From contig JBKBRF010000020.1 in NCBI GenBank assembly GCA_046292385.1, positions 32,001 to 96,000 of the forward strand: DNA of 64,000 bases. The letters are read 5' to 3'. Numbering within the stretch: position 1 is the stretch's first letter; every line of letters starts with the position of its first letter. This DNA comes from Armatimonadota bacterium. GTDB taxonomy: Bacteria; Armatimonadota; SYMT01. Made by a program: the position numbers and the translations under genes. This document shows, in pieces, positions 9,655-19,640 of this stretch. Under the pieces are notes generated by a model, which saw nothing but the letters and a program-made list of their open reading frames with translations, searched no databases and had not been told where the DNA came from.

Positions 9655-10941
9655 ATGAGACCCACTTCTCCCCGCGCACCTGTCTTTCTGGCGCTTTCGG
9701 CGGCCGCCGCCTGCGTCGTCGCGCTTCCGGCGTCGGCGGATGAGACCGCTCTGCTAAGCGGAGAGGCGGCCCCTCGCCGGGAGGACCGGCGCGGCGGCAT
9801 CCTGGGCACGCGGCTCAGCCTCGGCTCCGCTGCCACCCTGCAGGAGGGAATGCCGCAGCCCGGTGATGGCGGCGAGGCCGGGGAGCCGGAGGAGGTGGTC
9901 GATCTGACCCACCTCTCCCTCGAAGAGTTGATGGAGATCGAGATCACTCCCATCAACGTCCTCGGGAGCCACACGCACCTCGCCGGCGAGTGGATGTTCG
10001 GCTACCGGTACATGTACTCGTTCCAGGATGGGCTGCGGGACGGTACCCGGAGCGTGAGTCCGGAGGAAGTGCTCCGCACCTTCCGCTCCACGCCGACCGA
10101 AATGACGATGAGCATGCACATGCTCGAGCTCATGTACGCCCCCACCGACGAACTCTCCCTGATGGCGATGCTGCCGTGGTCGCGCATGCGGATGACGCAC
10201 CTGGCGGGACCGAACAGCATCCACGGGGTACGCGGCGGGCACGGGGGACACGGCGGGCACGGGGGACATGCGGTGCGGCCGAACGGGGTGGGCGCCGGCC
10301 GGGGGCCGCGAGTCCGGCTCGAGCATGTCTCCGAGGGGCTGGGTGACCTGGAGCTGATGGCGCTCTACAACCTCCTGGGAAACCCGCGCGGCCACGGGCA
10401 GCGGCTGATCGTGAACGGCGGCCTGGTGCTGCCGACCGGCTCGATCGACGAAAGCTCCGGCGGACGTCGGATGGAGTATATGATGCAGCCCGGCTCCGGG
10501 ACATTTGGGCTAATGCCGGGGCTCACCTACCTGGGCGAGTCCGAGCTCTGGTCCTGGGGTGCGCAGGCGATGGCCACCGTCCGCCTGGGCCGGAACGACA
10601 ACGGTTATCGGCTCGGCAACCGCTACCGGTTGAACGCGTGGGGCGTTTATCGTCTTAAGGATTGGGTGGCTCCCTCGGTTCGGCTGGACGGCCAGTTCTG
10701 GGGCAACGTGCACGGCGCGGATCCGGTGCTGGATCCGCGCGAGTCTCCCGCGGAGGATCCGGACCTCCAGGGTGGGCGGAGGTTGGACCTGGTACTCGGA
10801 TTGAACTTCTATGCAGACCGCGGTAGATTGAAAGGGACGCGCCTGACAGTGGAGGGCGGTTTCCCCGTTTACCAGTCTCTGAAGGGACCCCAGCTCGAGA
10901 CCGATTGGCACCTGATGGTCTCCGTGACTTTTACGAAGTAG
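9655..10941 (+). CDS. Met/His-rich outer-membrane beta-barrel 'transporter' family protein
   Basis: Signal peptide; HTHxxGEWMxxYRYM, MTMSMHM, GLGD, PTG, MQPGSGT motifs; amphipathic strands; GGH repeats. Confidence 0.75.
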   Translation: MRPTSPRAPVFLALSAAAACVVALPASADETALLSGEAAPRREDRRGGILGTRLSLGSAATLQEGMPQPGDGGEAGEPEEVVDLTHLSLEELMEIEITPINVLGSHTHLAGEWMFGYRYMYSFQDGLRDGTRSVSPEEVLRTFRSTPTEMTMSMHMLELMYAPTDELSLMAMLPWSRMRMTHLAGPNSIHGVRGGHGGHGGHGGHAVRPNGVGAGRGPRVRLEHVSEGLGDLELMALYNLLGNPRGHGQRLIVNGGLVLPTGSIDESSGGRRMEYMMQPGSGTFGLMPGLTYLGESELWSWGAQAMATVRLGRNDNGYRLGNRYRLNAWGVYRLKDWVAPSVRLDGQFWGNVHGADPVLDPRESPAEDPDLQGGRRLDLVLGLNFYADRGRLKGTRLTVEGGFPVYQSLKGPQLETDWHLMVSVTFTK

Positions 10942-10984
10942 GCGCCGCGCGCCGGTACCTGGTCGGTGGGCAGGTAGACGTACC

Positions 10985-11566
10985 ATGGGTCGCAACGAGA
11001 GATCCGCCGTGAGAACGGCGTGCAGACGACGGGGAGTGTCGCTCGCATTGGCGGCACTGCTCGCCGCTGCCAGCGGGCTCCTCTGCCTCCCCCGGGCGGA
11101 AGCGCAGGATCCGCGCGAGTACTCCATCAAGGCCGCGTATCTCTACAACTTTGCCCGGTACGTCGATTGGCCCCAGCAAGCGCTGCCGGAGAATGGCAAC
11201 CTGGTGGTCGGCGTTATCGGCAAAGACCCGTTCGGCCCGGCGCTCAACACGCTGAGCGGCAAGAACGTGAAGGGTCGGAACGTGGTGGTCCGCCGGTTTG
11301 ACACCCCGCGAGAAGCCAGCCGCTGTCACGTGCTCTTTATTCCCGAGTCCGAGCGCTCGCGACTCCCGCAGATCCTGGAAGCGGTGAAGGACGAGAGCGT
11401 GCTGACGGTGAGCGACATCAGCGGCTTCGCCCGCAGCGGCGGCATGATCAACTTCAAGTCGGAAGACAACCGGATTCGTTTCGAGATCAATCCCGGCGCG
11501 GCCGAGCGCGCCAAGCTCTCGCTCAGCTCACAGCTCCTCAAGCTGGCGAAGGTGGTCCGGACCTAG
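10985..11566 (+). CDS. YfiR family (DUF4154) periplasmic protein
   Basis: [37 protein letters not shown]...LSSQLLKLA. Confidence 0.93.
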   Translation: MGRNERSAVRTACRRRGVSLALAALLAAASGLLCLPRAEAQDPREYSIKAAYLYNFARYVDWPQQALPENGNLVVGVIGKDPFGPALNTLSGKNVKGRNVVVRRFDTPREASRCHVLFIPESERSRLPQILEAVKDESVLTVSDISGFARSGGMINFKSEDNRIRFEINPGAAERAKLSLSSQLLKLAKVVRT

Positions 11567-11685
11567 ATCGAAGTCGGGCGGCGCGGGCATTCCCCGCCGC
11601 AGTCTCGCCGCCGCAGTCCCTCATCGATCGCTGCCAGCTCCGCGCCGCTCCGGCGGAGGCGGCCGCGGTCCACACAGCCCTCCCG

Positions 11686-14001
11686 ATGGTCGCCTTTCGC
11701 AACGCCTCCATTCAGCAGAAGCTGACGGTGATCACCATGCTGACGAGCAGCGTGGTGCTGCTCGTCGCCGGCCTCTGCTTCATCCTGAACGACGTCGCCA
11801 CCATGCGGCAGTCGAAGGAGCGCGATCTCACCGCCCTGGCGCAGATCATCGGCACGAACGCCGCGTCCGCGGTGACCTTTCAGGACCAGGAAGCGGCGCG
11901 GCAGACCCTCGCGGCGTTGAGCGCTAAGCCGCGGGTAGCGGCCGCCGGGATCTACACCGCGGACAACCGGGCCTTCGCGGCATACGGCCGGCCGGGGCAC
12001 CCGCCGCCGCCCTCACTCACCCGTTTCCGGAGCGACGGCCGGTATTACGAGGACGATCATCTCTCGCTCTACCAGCCGATGATGGTCGACGGCGAGCGGA
12101 TCGGGACGATCTACGTCATCGCCGACCTCCAGGATATCGAAGCCCGCGTGAAGCAGTCGCTGCTGATCGTGGGGATGATCTTCCTCGTCTGTCTCCTCGT
12201 CGCCTTCGCCCTTGGCTCCCGGCTGCAGCGCGTCATCTCCGGCCCCATCCTGGAGCTCGCCCGGGTGGCGCGCGTCGTCTCGCACGACAAGGACTACTCC
12301 GTCCGGGCGCCCCGGGGCAACAAAGACGAGATCGGCCTGCTGATCGACGGCTTCAACGAGATGCTCTCGCAGATCGAGAAGCACGACCATCACATCCAGC
12401 AGGTCAACGAGCAGCTTATGGATTCGGAGCAGCGGGCGCTCGCGGCGAACCAGGCGAAGAGCCTCTTCCTCGCCAAGATGAGCCACGAGCTGCGCACGCC
12501 GCTGAACGCGATCATCGGCTACTCCGAGATGCTGCAGGAAGAGGCGGAAGACCTGGGTGAGGAAGACCTGATCCCGGACCTGCAGAAGATCAACTCCGCC
12601 GGCAAGCACCTCCTGGCCCTCATCAACGACATTCTCGACCTCTCCAAGATCGAGGCGGGCAAGATGGAGGTCTACCTCGAAGAGTTCGAAATCGCGCCGC
12701 TGATCGAGGAAGTGGTCTCCACGGTGCGGCCGCTGGTCGACAAGAACGCCAACCGGTTGGAGGTCCGCTGCGGCGAAGGCCTGGGCACGATGCGGGCCGA
12801 TCTCACCAAGGTCCGCCAGGCGCTCTTCAACCTCCTGAGCAACGCGAGCAAGTTTACCGACCAGGGCACGATCACGCTGGAGGTGGAGCGGGAGCCGGTC
12901 TCCTCCGGAGACTGGATGCGCTTTCGCGTGTCGGACACCGGCATCGGGATGACGCCGGAGCAGATGGCGGGCCTCTTCCAGGAGTTCACCCAGGCGGATG
13001 CCTCCACCACCCGCAAGTACGGCGGGACCGGCCTCGGCCTGGTGATCAGCCGCCGCTTCTGCCAGATGATGGGTGGGGATATCAACGTCTCCAGCGAGTT
13101 CGGCCGGGGCTCTACCTTCACGATCCGCCTTCCCGCCTTCGTTCCGGACCCGGAGCCAGAAGCGGATGAGGAAGCGGCTGCCGAGGCGGAGGGTGATCGC
13201 CAGGCCGTCTCCCCCGTACCCGCGAACGGCGCCGTCGTGCTGGCAATCGACGACGACCAGAGCACCCTCGAGCTGCTCCAGCGGTTCCTCGGCCGCGAAG
13301 GCTTTACGGTCCACACCGCCGCCTCCGGCGACGAAGGACTGCGGCTGGCGCGGGAGCTGAAGCCGGCCGCGATCACGCTCGACGTGATGATGCCGGTCCG
13401 GGATGGATGGTCGGTCCTGACCGCCTTGAAGGCCGATCCGGAGCTCTCCGACATTCCGGTGGTGCTGCTCACGATCGTAGACGACCGGAACATCGGCTAC
13501 GCTCTTGGCGCTTCCGACTACATGACGAAGCCGGTCGACTGGGGACGGCTCGCCTCCGTGATCCGCAAGCACCTGCCGCACGACCGCGGCCCTTCCGTGC
13601 TGGTGGTGGAGGACGACGCCAGCCTGCGCGAGCTGCTGCGGCGCCTGCTGGAGAAGAACGGCTGGTCGGTCACCGAGGCCGCGAATGGGCGGGAGGCGCT
13701 GAACCGGGTGGCGGAGCAGGAACCGGGGCTGATCTTGCTCGATCTGCTCATGCCGGAGATGGACGGCTTCCAGTTCGTGGAGGAGCTGCGGCACCGGGAC
13801 GAGGGCTGTTCCATTCCGGTGGTCGTCATCACCGCGAAGGACATGACGGCGGAGGAGCGCGAGCGGCTGAACGGCTGCGTCGAGCGGATTCTTCAGAAGG
13901 GTACCTACACCCGCGACGAGCTGCTGCGGGAGGTCCGCACGCTCGTGACGACCTACGCTCGGGACGAGCAGCCCGCCGTGCCGGCAGCTCCGGCGAAATA
14001 A
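11686..14001 (+). CDS. Hybrid sensor kinase: CHASE8-like sensor, HAMP, HisKA, HATPase, two receivers
   Basis: Two TM helices around [53 protein letters not shown]; two REC domains. Confidence 0.93.
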   Translation: MVAFRNASIQQKLTVITMLTSSVVLLVAGLCFILNDVATMRQSKERDLTALAQIIGTNAASAVTFQDQEAARQTLAALSAKPRVAAAGIYTADNRAFAAYGRPGHPPPPSLTRFRSDGRYYEDDHLSLYQPMMVDGERIGTIYVIADLQDIEARVKQSLLIVGMIFLVCLLVAFALGSRLQRVISGPILELARVARVVSHDKDYSVRAPRGNKDEIGLLIDGFNEMLSQIEKHDHHIQQVNEQLMDSEQRALAANQAKSLFLAKMSHELRTPLNAIIGYSEMLQEEAEDLGEEDLIPDLQKINSAGKHLLALINDILDLSKIEAGKMEVYLEEFEIAPLIEEVVSTVRPLVDKNANRLEVRCGEGLGTMRADLTKVRQALFNLLSNASKFTDQGTITLEVEREPVSSGDWMRFRVSDTGIGMTPEQMAGLFQEFTQADASTTRKYGGTGLGLVISRRFCQMMGGDINVSSEFGRGSTFTIRLPAFVPDPEPEADEEAAAEAEGDRQAVSPVPANGAVVLAIDDDQSTLELLQRFLGREGFTVHTAASGDEGLRLARELKPAAITLDVMMPVRDGWSVLTALKADPELSDIPVVLLTIVDDRNIGYALGASDYMTKPVDWGRLASVIRKHLPHDRGPSVLVVEDDASLRELLRRLLEKNGWSVTEAANGREALNRVAEQEPGLILLDLLMPEMDGFQFVEELRHRDEGCSIPVVVITAKDMTAEERERLNGCVERILQKGTYTRDELLREVRTLVTTYARDEQPAVPAAPAK

Positions 14002-14025
14002 CGCGAGGAACGGGAGAGAAGTCCA

Positions 14026-14400
14026 GTGGCCAGGATCCTGTTGGTCGAAGACAACGAGATGAACCGGGACATGCTGTCGCGCCGCCTGCAGCGCCGCGGC
14101 TACGAGGTGGTGCTGGCGGTCGACGGACAGGAAGGGGTCGACGCCGCCCGCCGGGAGCAGCCGGACCTGGTGCTGATGGACATGAGCCTTCCGGTGCTGG
14201 ACGGCTGGGAGGCCACCCGCAAGCTGCGGGAGCAGCCGGAGACGCAGGCGCTGCCGATCATCGCCCTGACGGCGCACGCGATGGCGGGGGACCGCGAGCG
14301 CGCCCTGGAGGCGGGCTGCGACGATTACGATACCAAACCGATCGAGCTGCCCCGGCTGCTGAGTAAGATCGAGGCGCTGCTCGGGAAGGCCGAAGCGTAA
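14026..14400 (+). CDS. Single-domain response regulator (DivK-like)
   Basis: LLVEDNEMNRDML, MDMSLP, ALTAHAM, TKPI. Confidence 0.92.
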   Translation: MARILLVEDNEMNRDMLSRRLQRRGYEVVLAVDGQEGVDAARREQPDLVLMDMSLPVLDGWEATRKLREQPETQALPIIALTAHAMAGDRERALEAGCDDYDTKPIELPRLLSKIEALLGKAEA

Positions 14401-16037
14401 TGCAGGCCGACGAGAGCGTCCGGGGAGAGGCCGGAGCCGGCGGCGCCAGCGCCGACCGGACCGCCGCCGCGCTGGTGGCGCACATGCGCCACGAGTTGCG
14501 CACTCCCCTGAACGCGATCATCGGCTACAGCGAGATGCTGCTCGAGGACAGCCTGGAGGAAGCGGACGAGCAGTTCTCCACCGGCCTCGCGCGCGTGCGG
14601 GACGCCGGCCGCAACCTGCTCCACCTGGTGAACGAGCTGCTCGACCCGAGCCACTCGCCCGCCGTGAGCTTTGACTTCGCCACCTTCAGCGGAGACGTGC
14701 GCCACGCGCTGCGCGATCCGCTCAACGCCGCGCTCGGCTACAGCGACCTGCTCCTGGACGATGCCCGCGTCCTCGGGCGAGACGAGTACGTGCCGGAGCT
14801 GGAGAAGATTGTCGCCGCGGGAAAGCGCCTGCTCTCCCTGGTCGATGAGATCGGCCGCCTCTCAGACTGCGGGCCGGGCGGCACGGCCGCCGCGCCGGTC
14901 GCCTCCGCCCTGGCGAACGACGTCGCCGGTACGATGGTGCAGCTCGACGAGGCGGGGCGCGCCGCGCCGCATCACGGCGGCGGCCACGTACTGGTGGTCG
15001 ACGACAACGACGTGAACCGCGACCTCCTCTCCCGCCGGCTGGCGCGGGAGGGCTACTCCGTCACCACCGTGGAGTCGGGCCGGCTGGCGCTCCAGCTCCT
15101 GCAGGAGCAGCCGCACGACCTGGTGCTGCTCGACATCATGATGCCGGAGATCAACGGCTACCAGGTGCTCCAGCAGATGAAGGCCGACGAGCAGCTCCGG
15201 CACATCCCGGTCATCATGATCTCCGCGCTGGACGACATGGGGAGCGTGGTCCGCTGCATCGAGCTCGGCGCCGAAGACCACCTCCACAAGCCGTTCGATC
15301 CGGTGCTGCTGCGTGCGCGGGTGGGGGCCTGCCTGGAGAAGAAGCGGCTGCGCGACCGCGAGGTGCTCTACCTGCAGCAGATCGAAGAGGAGAAGCGCCG
15401 CGCCGACGAGCTGCTCCACGTGATCCTGCCGGACCAGATCGTGACCGAGCTGAAGGAGCACAACACCGTCAAGCCGCGCCACTACGAAAACGTGGCGGTG
15501 CTCTTCTGCGACGTCGTTGGCTTCACCCCGTTCTGCGAGCGCCGGACGCCGGAAGAAGTGATGGCGGTGCTGCAGGAGCTGATCGAGGCGTACGAGGAGC
15601 TGGTCCTCCGCTACGGCATGGAGAAGATCAAGACGATCGGCGACTCGTTCATGGCCACCGCCGGGCTCCTCCAGCCCAGCGAGAATCCGGTCCTTACCTG
15701 TGTCCAGTGCGGCCTGGAGATGATCGAGATCGCGCAGAGGCTGCCGTCTCGCCTGATGGTTCGCGTCGGCGTCCACGTCGGCTCCGTGATGGCGGGCGTG
15801 GTCGGCCACCGCCAGTACCTCTTCGACCTCTGGGGCGACACCGTCAATACCGCCGCCCGGGTGGAATCGCACGGCGCGAACGGCTACGTGAATGTGAGCG
15901 GCGCGGCGTGGCAGCAGGTCTCGGACTACTGCCGCGGCGAATCCCTCGGGCTGATCCTTTTGAAGGGCAAGGGCGAGATGGAGCTATTCCGCATCGAAGG
16001 TCTCCACTCGCCCGCGCCCGACCCGGCGACCGCCTGA
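14400..16037 (+). CDS. Class III adenylate cyclase with two HisKA-like helical domains and a receiver
   Basis: [17 protein letters not shown] and HALRDPLNAALGYSDLL; REC; FCDVVGFT, KTIGD, FDLWGDTVNTAARVES; TAATG coupling to the upstream gene. Confidence 0.9.
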   Translation: MQADESVRGEAGAGGASADRTAAALVAHMRHELRTPLNAIIGYSEMLLEDSLEEADEQFSTGLARVRDAGRNLLHLVNELLDPSHSPAVSFDFATFSGDVRHALRDPLNAALGYSDLLLDDARVLGRDEYVPELEKIVAAGKRLLSLVDEIGRLSDCGPGGTAAAPVASALANDVAGTMVQLDEAGRAAPHHGGGHVLVVDDNDVNRDLLSRRLAREGYSVTTVESGRLALQLLQEQPHDLVLLDIMMPEINGYQVLQQMKADEQLRHIPVIMISALDDMGSVVRCIELGAEDHLHKPFDPVLLRARVGACLEKKRLRDREVLYLQQIEEEKRRADELLHVILPDQIVTELKEHNTVKPRHYENVAVLFCDVVGFTPFCERRTPEEVMAVLQELIEAYEELVLRYGMEKIKTIGDSFMATAGLLQPSENPVLTCVQCGLEMIEIAQRLPSRLMVRVGVHVGSVMAGVVGHRQYLFDLWGDTVNTAARVESHGANGYVNVSGAAWQQVSDYCRGESLGLILLKGKGEMELFRIEGLHSPAPDPATA

Positions 16038-16104
16038 CTTTACCTCCCCCAAGCCCCCACCCCCGGCCAGCTTAGCTGCCGGGCATGAACCCAGGAGATC
16101 CCAA

Positions 16105-16734
16105 ATGGAACGCACCCAACCTGAAGCGGCGGAGCCGCTTGCCAGCACTGCAAGCGTACGGCCGCGCCTCAACCGGTCGACCGCCCTGATCGGCGCCGGG
16201 CTGATCGCCACCTTCGCGCTGGTAAACCTGGCGATGAACCGCGCCGAGTCGGCTCCCGGCGCCAAGGAGGCGAAGATCGGCCTCCGGATCTCGCCGGTGC
16301 CGATGAAGACGAACAAGAAGAACAAGACGCTGGTCGGCCTCGGCAGCTACATCGTGAACGCGCAGTCGGCGTGCGCCGACTGCCACACTAGCGGTCTCTA
16401 CCAGGAAGGTGGGGATCCGCACCAGGGCCAGCCGATGCAGATCAACACCGAGAACTTCCTGGCGGGCGGGCAGACCTTCGGCCCGTTCGTCTCCACCAAC
16501 CTCACCCCGGATGAGAACGGCCTGCCCGGCGGACTCACGTTCCATGAGTTCGACTCGCTCATGCGCACCGGCCGGCACCCGGAAGGGCACGAGCACTTCC
16601 GTCCGGAGCACAGCGGGCCGATCCTGCAGGTGATGCCGTGGCCCGCCTACAAGAACATGACCTCCCAGGACATGAAGGCGATCTACGCCTACCTCAGCTC
16701 CATCCCCCACGCGGACCCGCCGGCGGCGGAGTAA
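16105..16734 (+). CDS. Exported c-type cytochrome
   Basis: N-terminal TM helix; CADCH; NLTPD; VMPW axial-Met motif. Confidence 0.85.
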   Translation: MERTQPEAAEPLASTASVRPRLNRSTALIGAGLIATFALVNLAMNRAESAPGAKEAKIGLRISPVPMKTNKKNKTLVGLGSYIVNAQSACADCHTSGLYQEGGDPHQGQPMQINTENFLAGGQTFGPFVSTNLTPDENGLPGGLTFHEFDSLMRTGRHPEGHEHFRPEHSGPILQVMPWPAYKNMTSQDMKAIYAYLSSIPHADPPAAE

Positions 16735-16850
16735 GCGCACTCCGAACCGGAAGAACTCGCACGGCCGCTCCTCCACACCGGGAGGAGCGGCCGTTCCGTA
16801 TTGCGGCCCCACAGGCCTCTCGTCTCCGCGTCGTTTTCCCTGCGTTCGAA

Positions 16851-17022
16851 CGCCGGGCCCTGAAGGCCCCGGCTGTATCCCAGGAAAGCACGCTGAAGCG
16901 CGCTGAGGGATGTTGGGCTTGCCCGTTTCCAGGCCGTCCGGGATCTCCTTCCGTCTGTAATCGGGCAGCCTGCTTCAGCAGGCTTACCCAAAAGGATCAG
17001 CCGGGTCCTTCAGGGCCTGGCG
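16851..17022. repeat. REP/REPIN-like palindromic element, copy 1
   Basis: Terminal 25-nt inverted arms; internal CTGAAG/CTTCAG-centred palindromes; homologous to 28830..28972. Confidence 0.8.
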
Positions 17023-17090
17023 TCGGTTGCGAGCTCCCGCGTCGCATAACCGCTTCGGCGTCTCTCCGTCCCTCTGTCTCTCCGAGGAGG

Positions 17091-18146
17091 CTACTCCGCC
17101 CCCACCGACTCCCGGGTCGGCAGCGGCACCTCGCGCCCGACTGCCCAGGCGATCCGCTGGACCTCGTCCATCATCTGCGTGAACTGATCCGGGCGGAGCG
17201 CCTGGCCGCCGTCGGAGAGCGCCTGGGCGGGGTTGGGGTGGACCTCCACGATGAGCCCGTCCGCGCCGGCGGCGACTCCCGCGCGGGCGATGGGGGTGAC
17301 CCAGCGGGTATGGCCCACGGAGTGGCTGGGGTCGAGGATCACCGGCAGGTGCGACCACTGCTTGAGCACCGGGATCGCGTTGATGTCGGTGGTGTTCCGG
17401 CAGGCGTCGTCCCAGGTGATGATGCCGCGCTCGCAGAGGATGACCTGGTGGTTGCCGCCGATCATGATGTACTCCGCGGCCTGCAGCATCTCCCGCAGCT
17501 TGGCGGAGGGGCCGCGCTTCAGCAGCACCGGCTTCCGCAGGTTGCCGAGACGCTGCAGCAGGCGGAAGTTGCTCATGTTGCGCGCGCCGACCTGGAAGAT
17601 GTCGGTGTACTGCGCCACCGTGTCGAGGTCTTCCGGATCGAGGATCTCCGTCACGATCGGCAGCCCCGTCTCCTCGCGGGCGCGGGCGAGGATGCGGAGC
17701 GCATCCACTCCGAGTCCCTGGAAGCTGTAGGGAGAGGTCCGCGGCTTGAAAGCGCCGCCGCGCAGCAGCTTGCCGCCGGCCGCCTTCACCGCGTGGGCGG
17801 TCTCCAGCACCTGCTCCTCCGTCTCCACGCTGCAGGGGCCGGCGATCACCACCACCTCGGCACCGCCGATCCGAACGTCGCCGACCTGCACCACGGTATC
17901 GTCCGGGTGGTAGTTGCGAGACGAGAGCTTGTACGGCTCGGAAATGAGCTGGACCCGCTCCACGCCGTCCAGCGCCTCGAACTTGTCCGCGAGGTTCGCC
18001 TTCTGCGCATCGACCAGGCCGAGAACGGCGATGACCTGGCGCTCCACCCCCGGGTTAACAAACGGGGTGAGGCCCTCCTTCTGGACGGTGTCGATCACCG
18101 TCTCCACCTGCGTAGCCGTTGCGCCGTGCTGCATGACGATTACCAT
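17091..18146 (-). CDS. aroF: DAHP synthase, type I-beta with N-terminal regulatory domain
   Basis: IAGPCSVE, RGGAFKPRTSPYSFQG, QVGARNM, LKRG, LCERGI, DPSH, EVHPNP. Confidence 0.96.
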   Translation of the reverse strand: MVIVMQHGATATQVETVIDTVQKEGLTPFVNPGVERQVIAVLGLVDAQKANLADKFEALDGVERVQLISEPYKLSSRNYHPDDTVVQVGDVRIGGAEVVVIAGPCSVETEEQVLETAHAVKAAGGKLLRGGAFKPRTSPYSFQGLGVDALRILARAREETGLPIVTEILDPEDLDTVAQYTDIFQVGARNMSNFRLLQRLGNLRKPVLLKRGPSAKLREMLQAAEYIMIGGNHQVILCERGIITWDDACRNTTDINAIPVLKQWSHLPVILDPSHSVGHTRWVTPIARAGVAAGADGLIVEVHPNPAQALSDGGQALRPDQFTQMMDEVQRIAWAVGREVPLPTRESVGAE

Positions 18147-18207
18147 GACCTTCGTTCCTGCCTGCCTCTTAAGAGAGCGAGATGGGGGAGAGTAGGGATC
18201 CGGGTTG

Positions 18208-18248
18208 AGAAAACAAAAAAGCCGCACGGCCCGTAGGCCCTGCGACTT
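18208..18248 (-). terminator. Attenuator terminator upstream of aroF
   Basis: Minus strand AAGUCGCAGGGCC-UACG-GGCCGUGCGGCUU then UUUUGUUUU. Confidence 0.88.
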
Positions 18249-18279
18249 CGCTGCTGATTCCGGCTGCTTTTCCTGAGAC

Positions 18280-18390
18280 TTATCGGTGGGTCAGGGTGCG
18301 CTCCGGACGCGACGCAGGGCCCCGCCGCCCAAACCAGGGGCGGCGGCCGGTAAAGTACCAGGCCTGGAAGCTGTCAGTGCCGAAGAGCAT
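18280..18390 (-). CDS. Aromatic-rich leader peptide (36 aa) of the aroF attenuator
   Basis: MLFGTDSFQAWYFTGRRPWFGRRGPASRPERTLTHR; 7 aromatic codons in the first 20; lies between promoter and terminator. Confidence 0.82.
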   Translation of the reverse strand: MLFGTDSFQAWYFTGRRPWFGRRGPASRPERTLTHR

Positions 18391-18419
18391 GTTCTAAAGG
18401 AGCCGGACGAATTATCGGA

Positions 18420-18448
18420 AGTATAGCGGGGTGCCGGAGCAGCGTCAA
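18420..18448 (-). promoter_or_regulatory. sigma70-type promoter for leader and aroF
   Basis: TTGACG-N17-TATACT on the minus strand. Confidence 0.8.
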
Positions 18449-18644
18449 CGCGCCGCTTTACGGTGCCTCCGCTTCCGTGTTAAACTTCGCGGGTGCTCCG
18501 GCCATGTCCTGCATGGCCGTCCTCGCCGGCTTTCGTAAGAAAGCCGCGCGAGCCGAAATGGGGACCGATCCCGCGAGGATCGTACTCCCTATCTCGCTCC
18601 AGGCCGGCTTCTCTCGGGAAGTCTCGCGCATACCGGAGCCGCAT

Positions 18645-18772
18645 TTACTCATTCCGCACCTCTCCGGATGGTCGCGCCGGTGCCGGCCCACGCCTCTGCG
18701 TGGAACGGTGGCCCGACCGTGGAAGGAGGGGGAGGGCGGGTCCTCTGGACCCGAGAACCACAGGAGACGACC
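18645..18772 (+). promoter_or_regulatory. Probable rpsB 5' leader (t44/S2-leader-like); boundaries approximate
   Basis: Structured GC-rich 5' UTR directly before rpsB-tsf, the usual position of this autoregulatory leader. Confidence 0.45.
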
Positions 18773-19633
18773 TTGTCCGCAGTACAGATGAAGGAGCTGC
18801 TCGAAGCCGGCGTGCACTTCGGGCACCACACTCGCCGCTGGAACCCCAAGATGCGGCGGTACATCTACGGATCCCGAAACGGGATCTACATCCTCGACCT
18901 GCACCAGACGATCAACCTGTTCGACGACGCCGCCAAGTTCCTGCAGAACGTGGCGAGCAACGGCGGCACCGTGCTGTTCGTCGGGACCAAGAAGCAGGCG
19001 CAGGAGCCGATCCGCATCGCCGCGAAGCGCTCCGGCTCGTCGTGGGTGAACCAGCGCTGGCTGGGCGGCATGCTCACCAATTTCCCCACCATCCAGGGCC
19101 GTATCCAGCGCCTGAAGGAGCTGGAGCGCTGGGAGACCGACGGCACGATGGAGCGCTTCCCCAAGAAGGAGCAGCTCCGCCTGCGCGAGCAGAAGAACAA
19201 GCTGGAGCGGTTCCTGGGCGGCATCAAGGACATGAAGGGGCTGCCGGACGTGCTCTTCGTGATCGACACCCGCCGCGAGCGCATCGCGATCGACGAAGCG
19301 CGGAAGCTCGGCATCCCGGTGGTGGCGATCGTCGATACCAACTGCGATCCGGACGACGCCGATTTCCCGATCCCGGGCAATGACGACGCGATCCGCGCCA
19401 TCCAGCTCCTGGTGGGCCGCGTGGGCGACACGCTGGTCGAAGTGACCGGCGAGCAGTGGTCCCCCGAGGAAGAGGTGGAAGAGTACGACCAGGAGACCTC
19501 GGAGTACCTGGCGCAGGCTCCGGACGCCGAAGCCGGCGACGAGAGCGGCGAGGGCTACGAGGCCGCGCCGGCTCCCCGCGTGAGCGAGGACGCGGTGGAA
19601 GCCTCCGAAGGGCGCGAAGAGGACGAGGAGTAG
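18773..19633 (+). CDS. rpsB: 30S ribosomal protein S2
   Basis: [37 protein letters not shown] start after AGGAG. Confidence 0.98.
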   Translation: MSAVQMKELLEAGVHFGHHTRRWNPKMRRYIYGSRNGIYILDLHQTINLFDDAAKFLQNVASNGGTVLFVGTKKQAQEPIRIAAKRSGSSWVNQRWLGGMLTNFPTIQGRIQRLKELERWETDGTMERFPKKEQLRLREQKNKLERFLGGIKDMKGLPDVLFVIDTRRERIAIDEARKLGIPVVAIVDTNCDPDDADFPIPGNDDAIRAIQLLVGRVGDTLVEVTGEQWSPEEEVEEYDQETSEYLAQAPDAEAGDESGEGYEAAPAPRVSEDAVEASEGREEDEE

Positions 19634-19640
19634 AGAAGAA

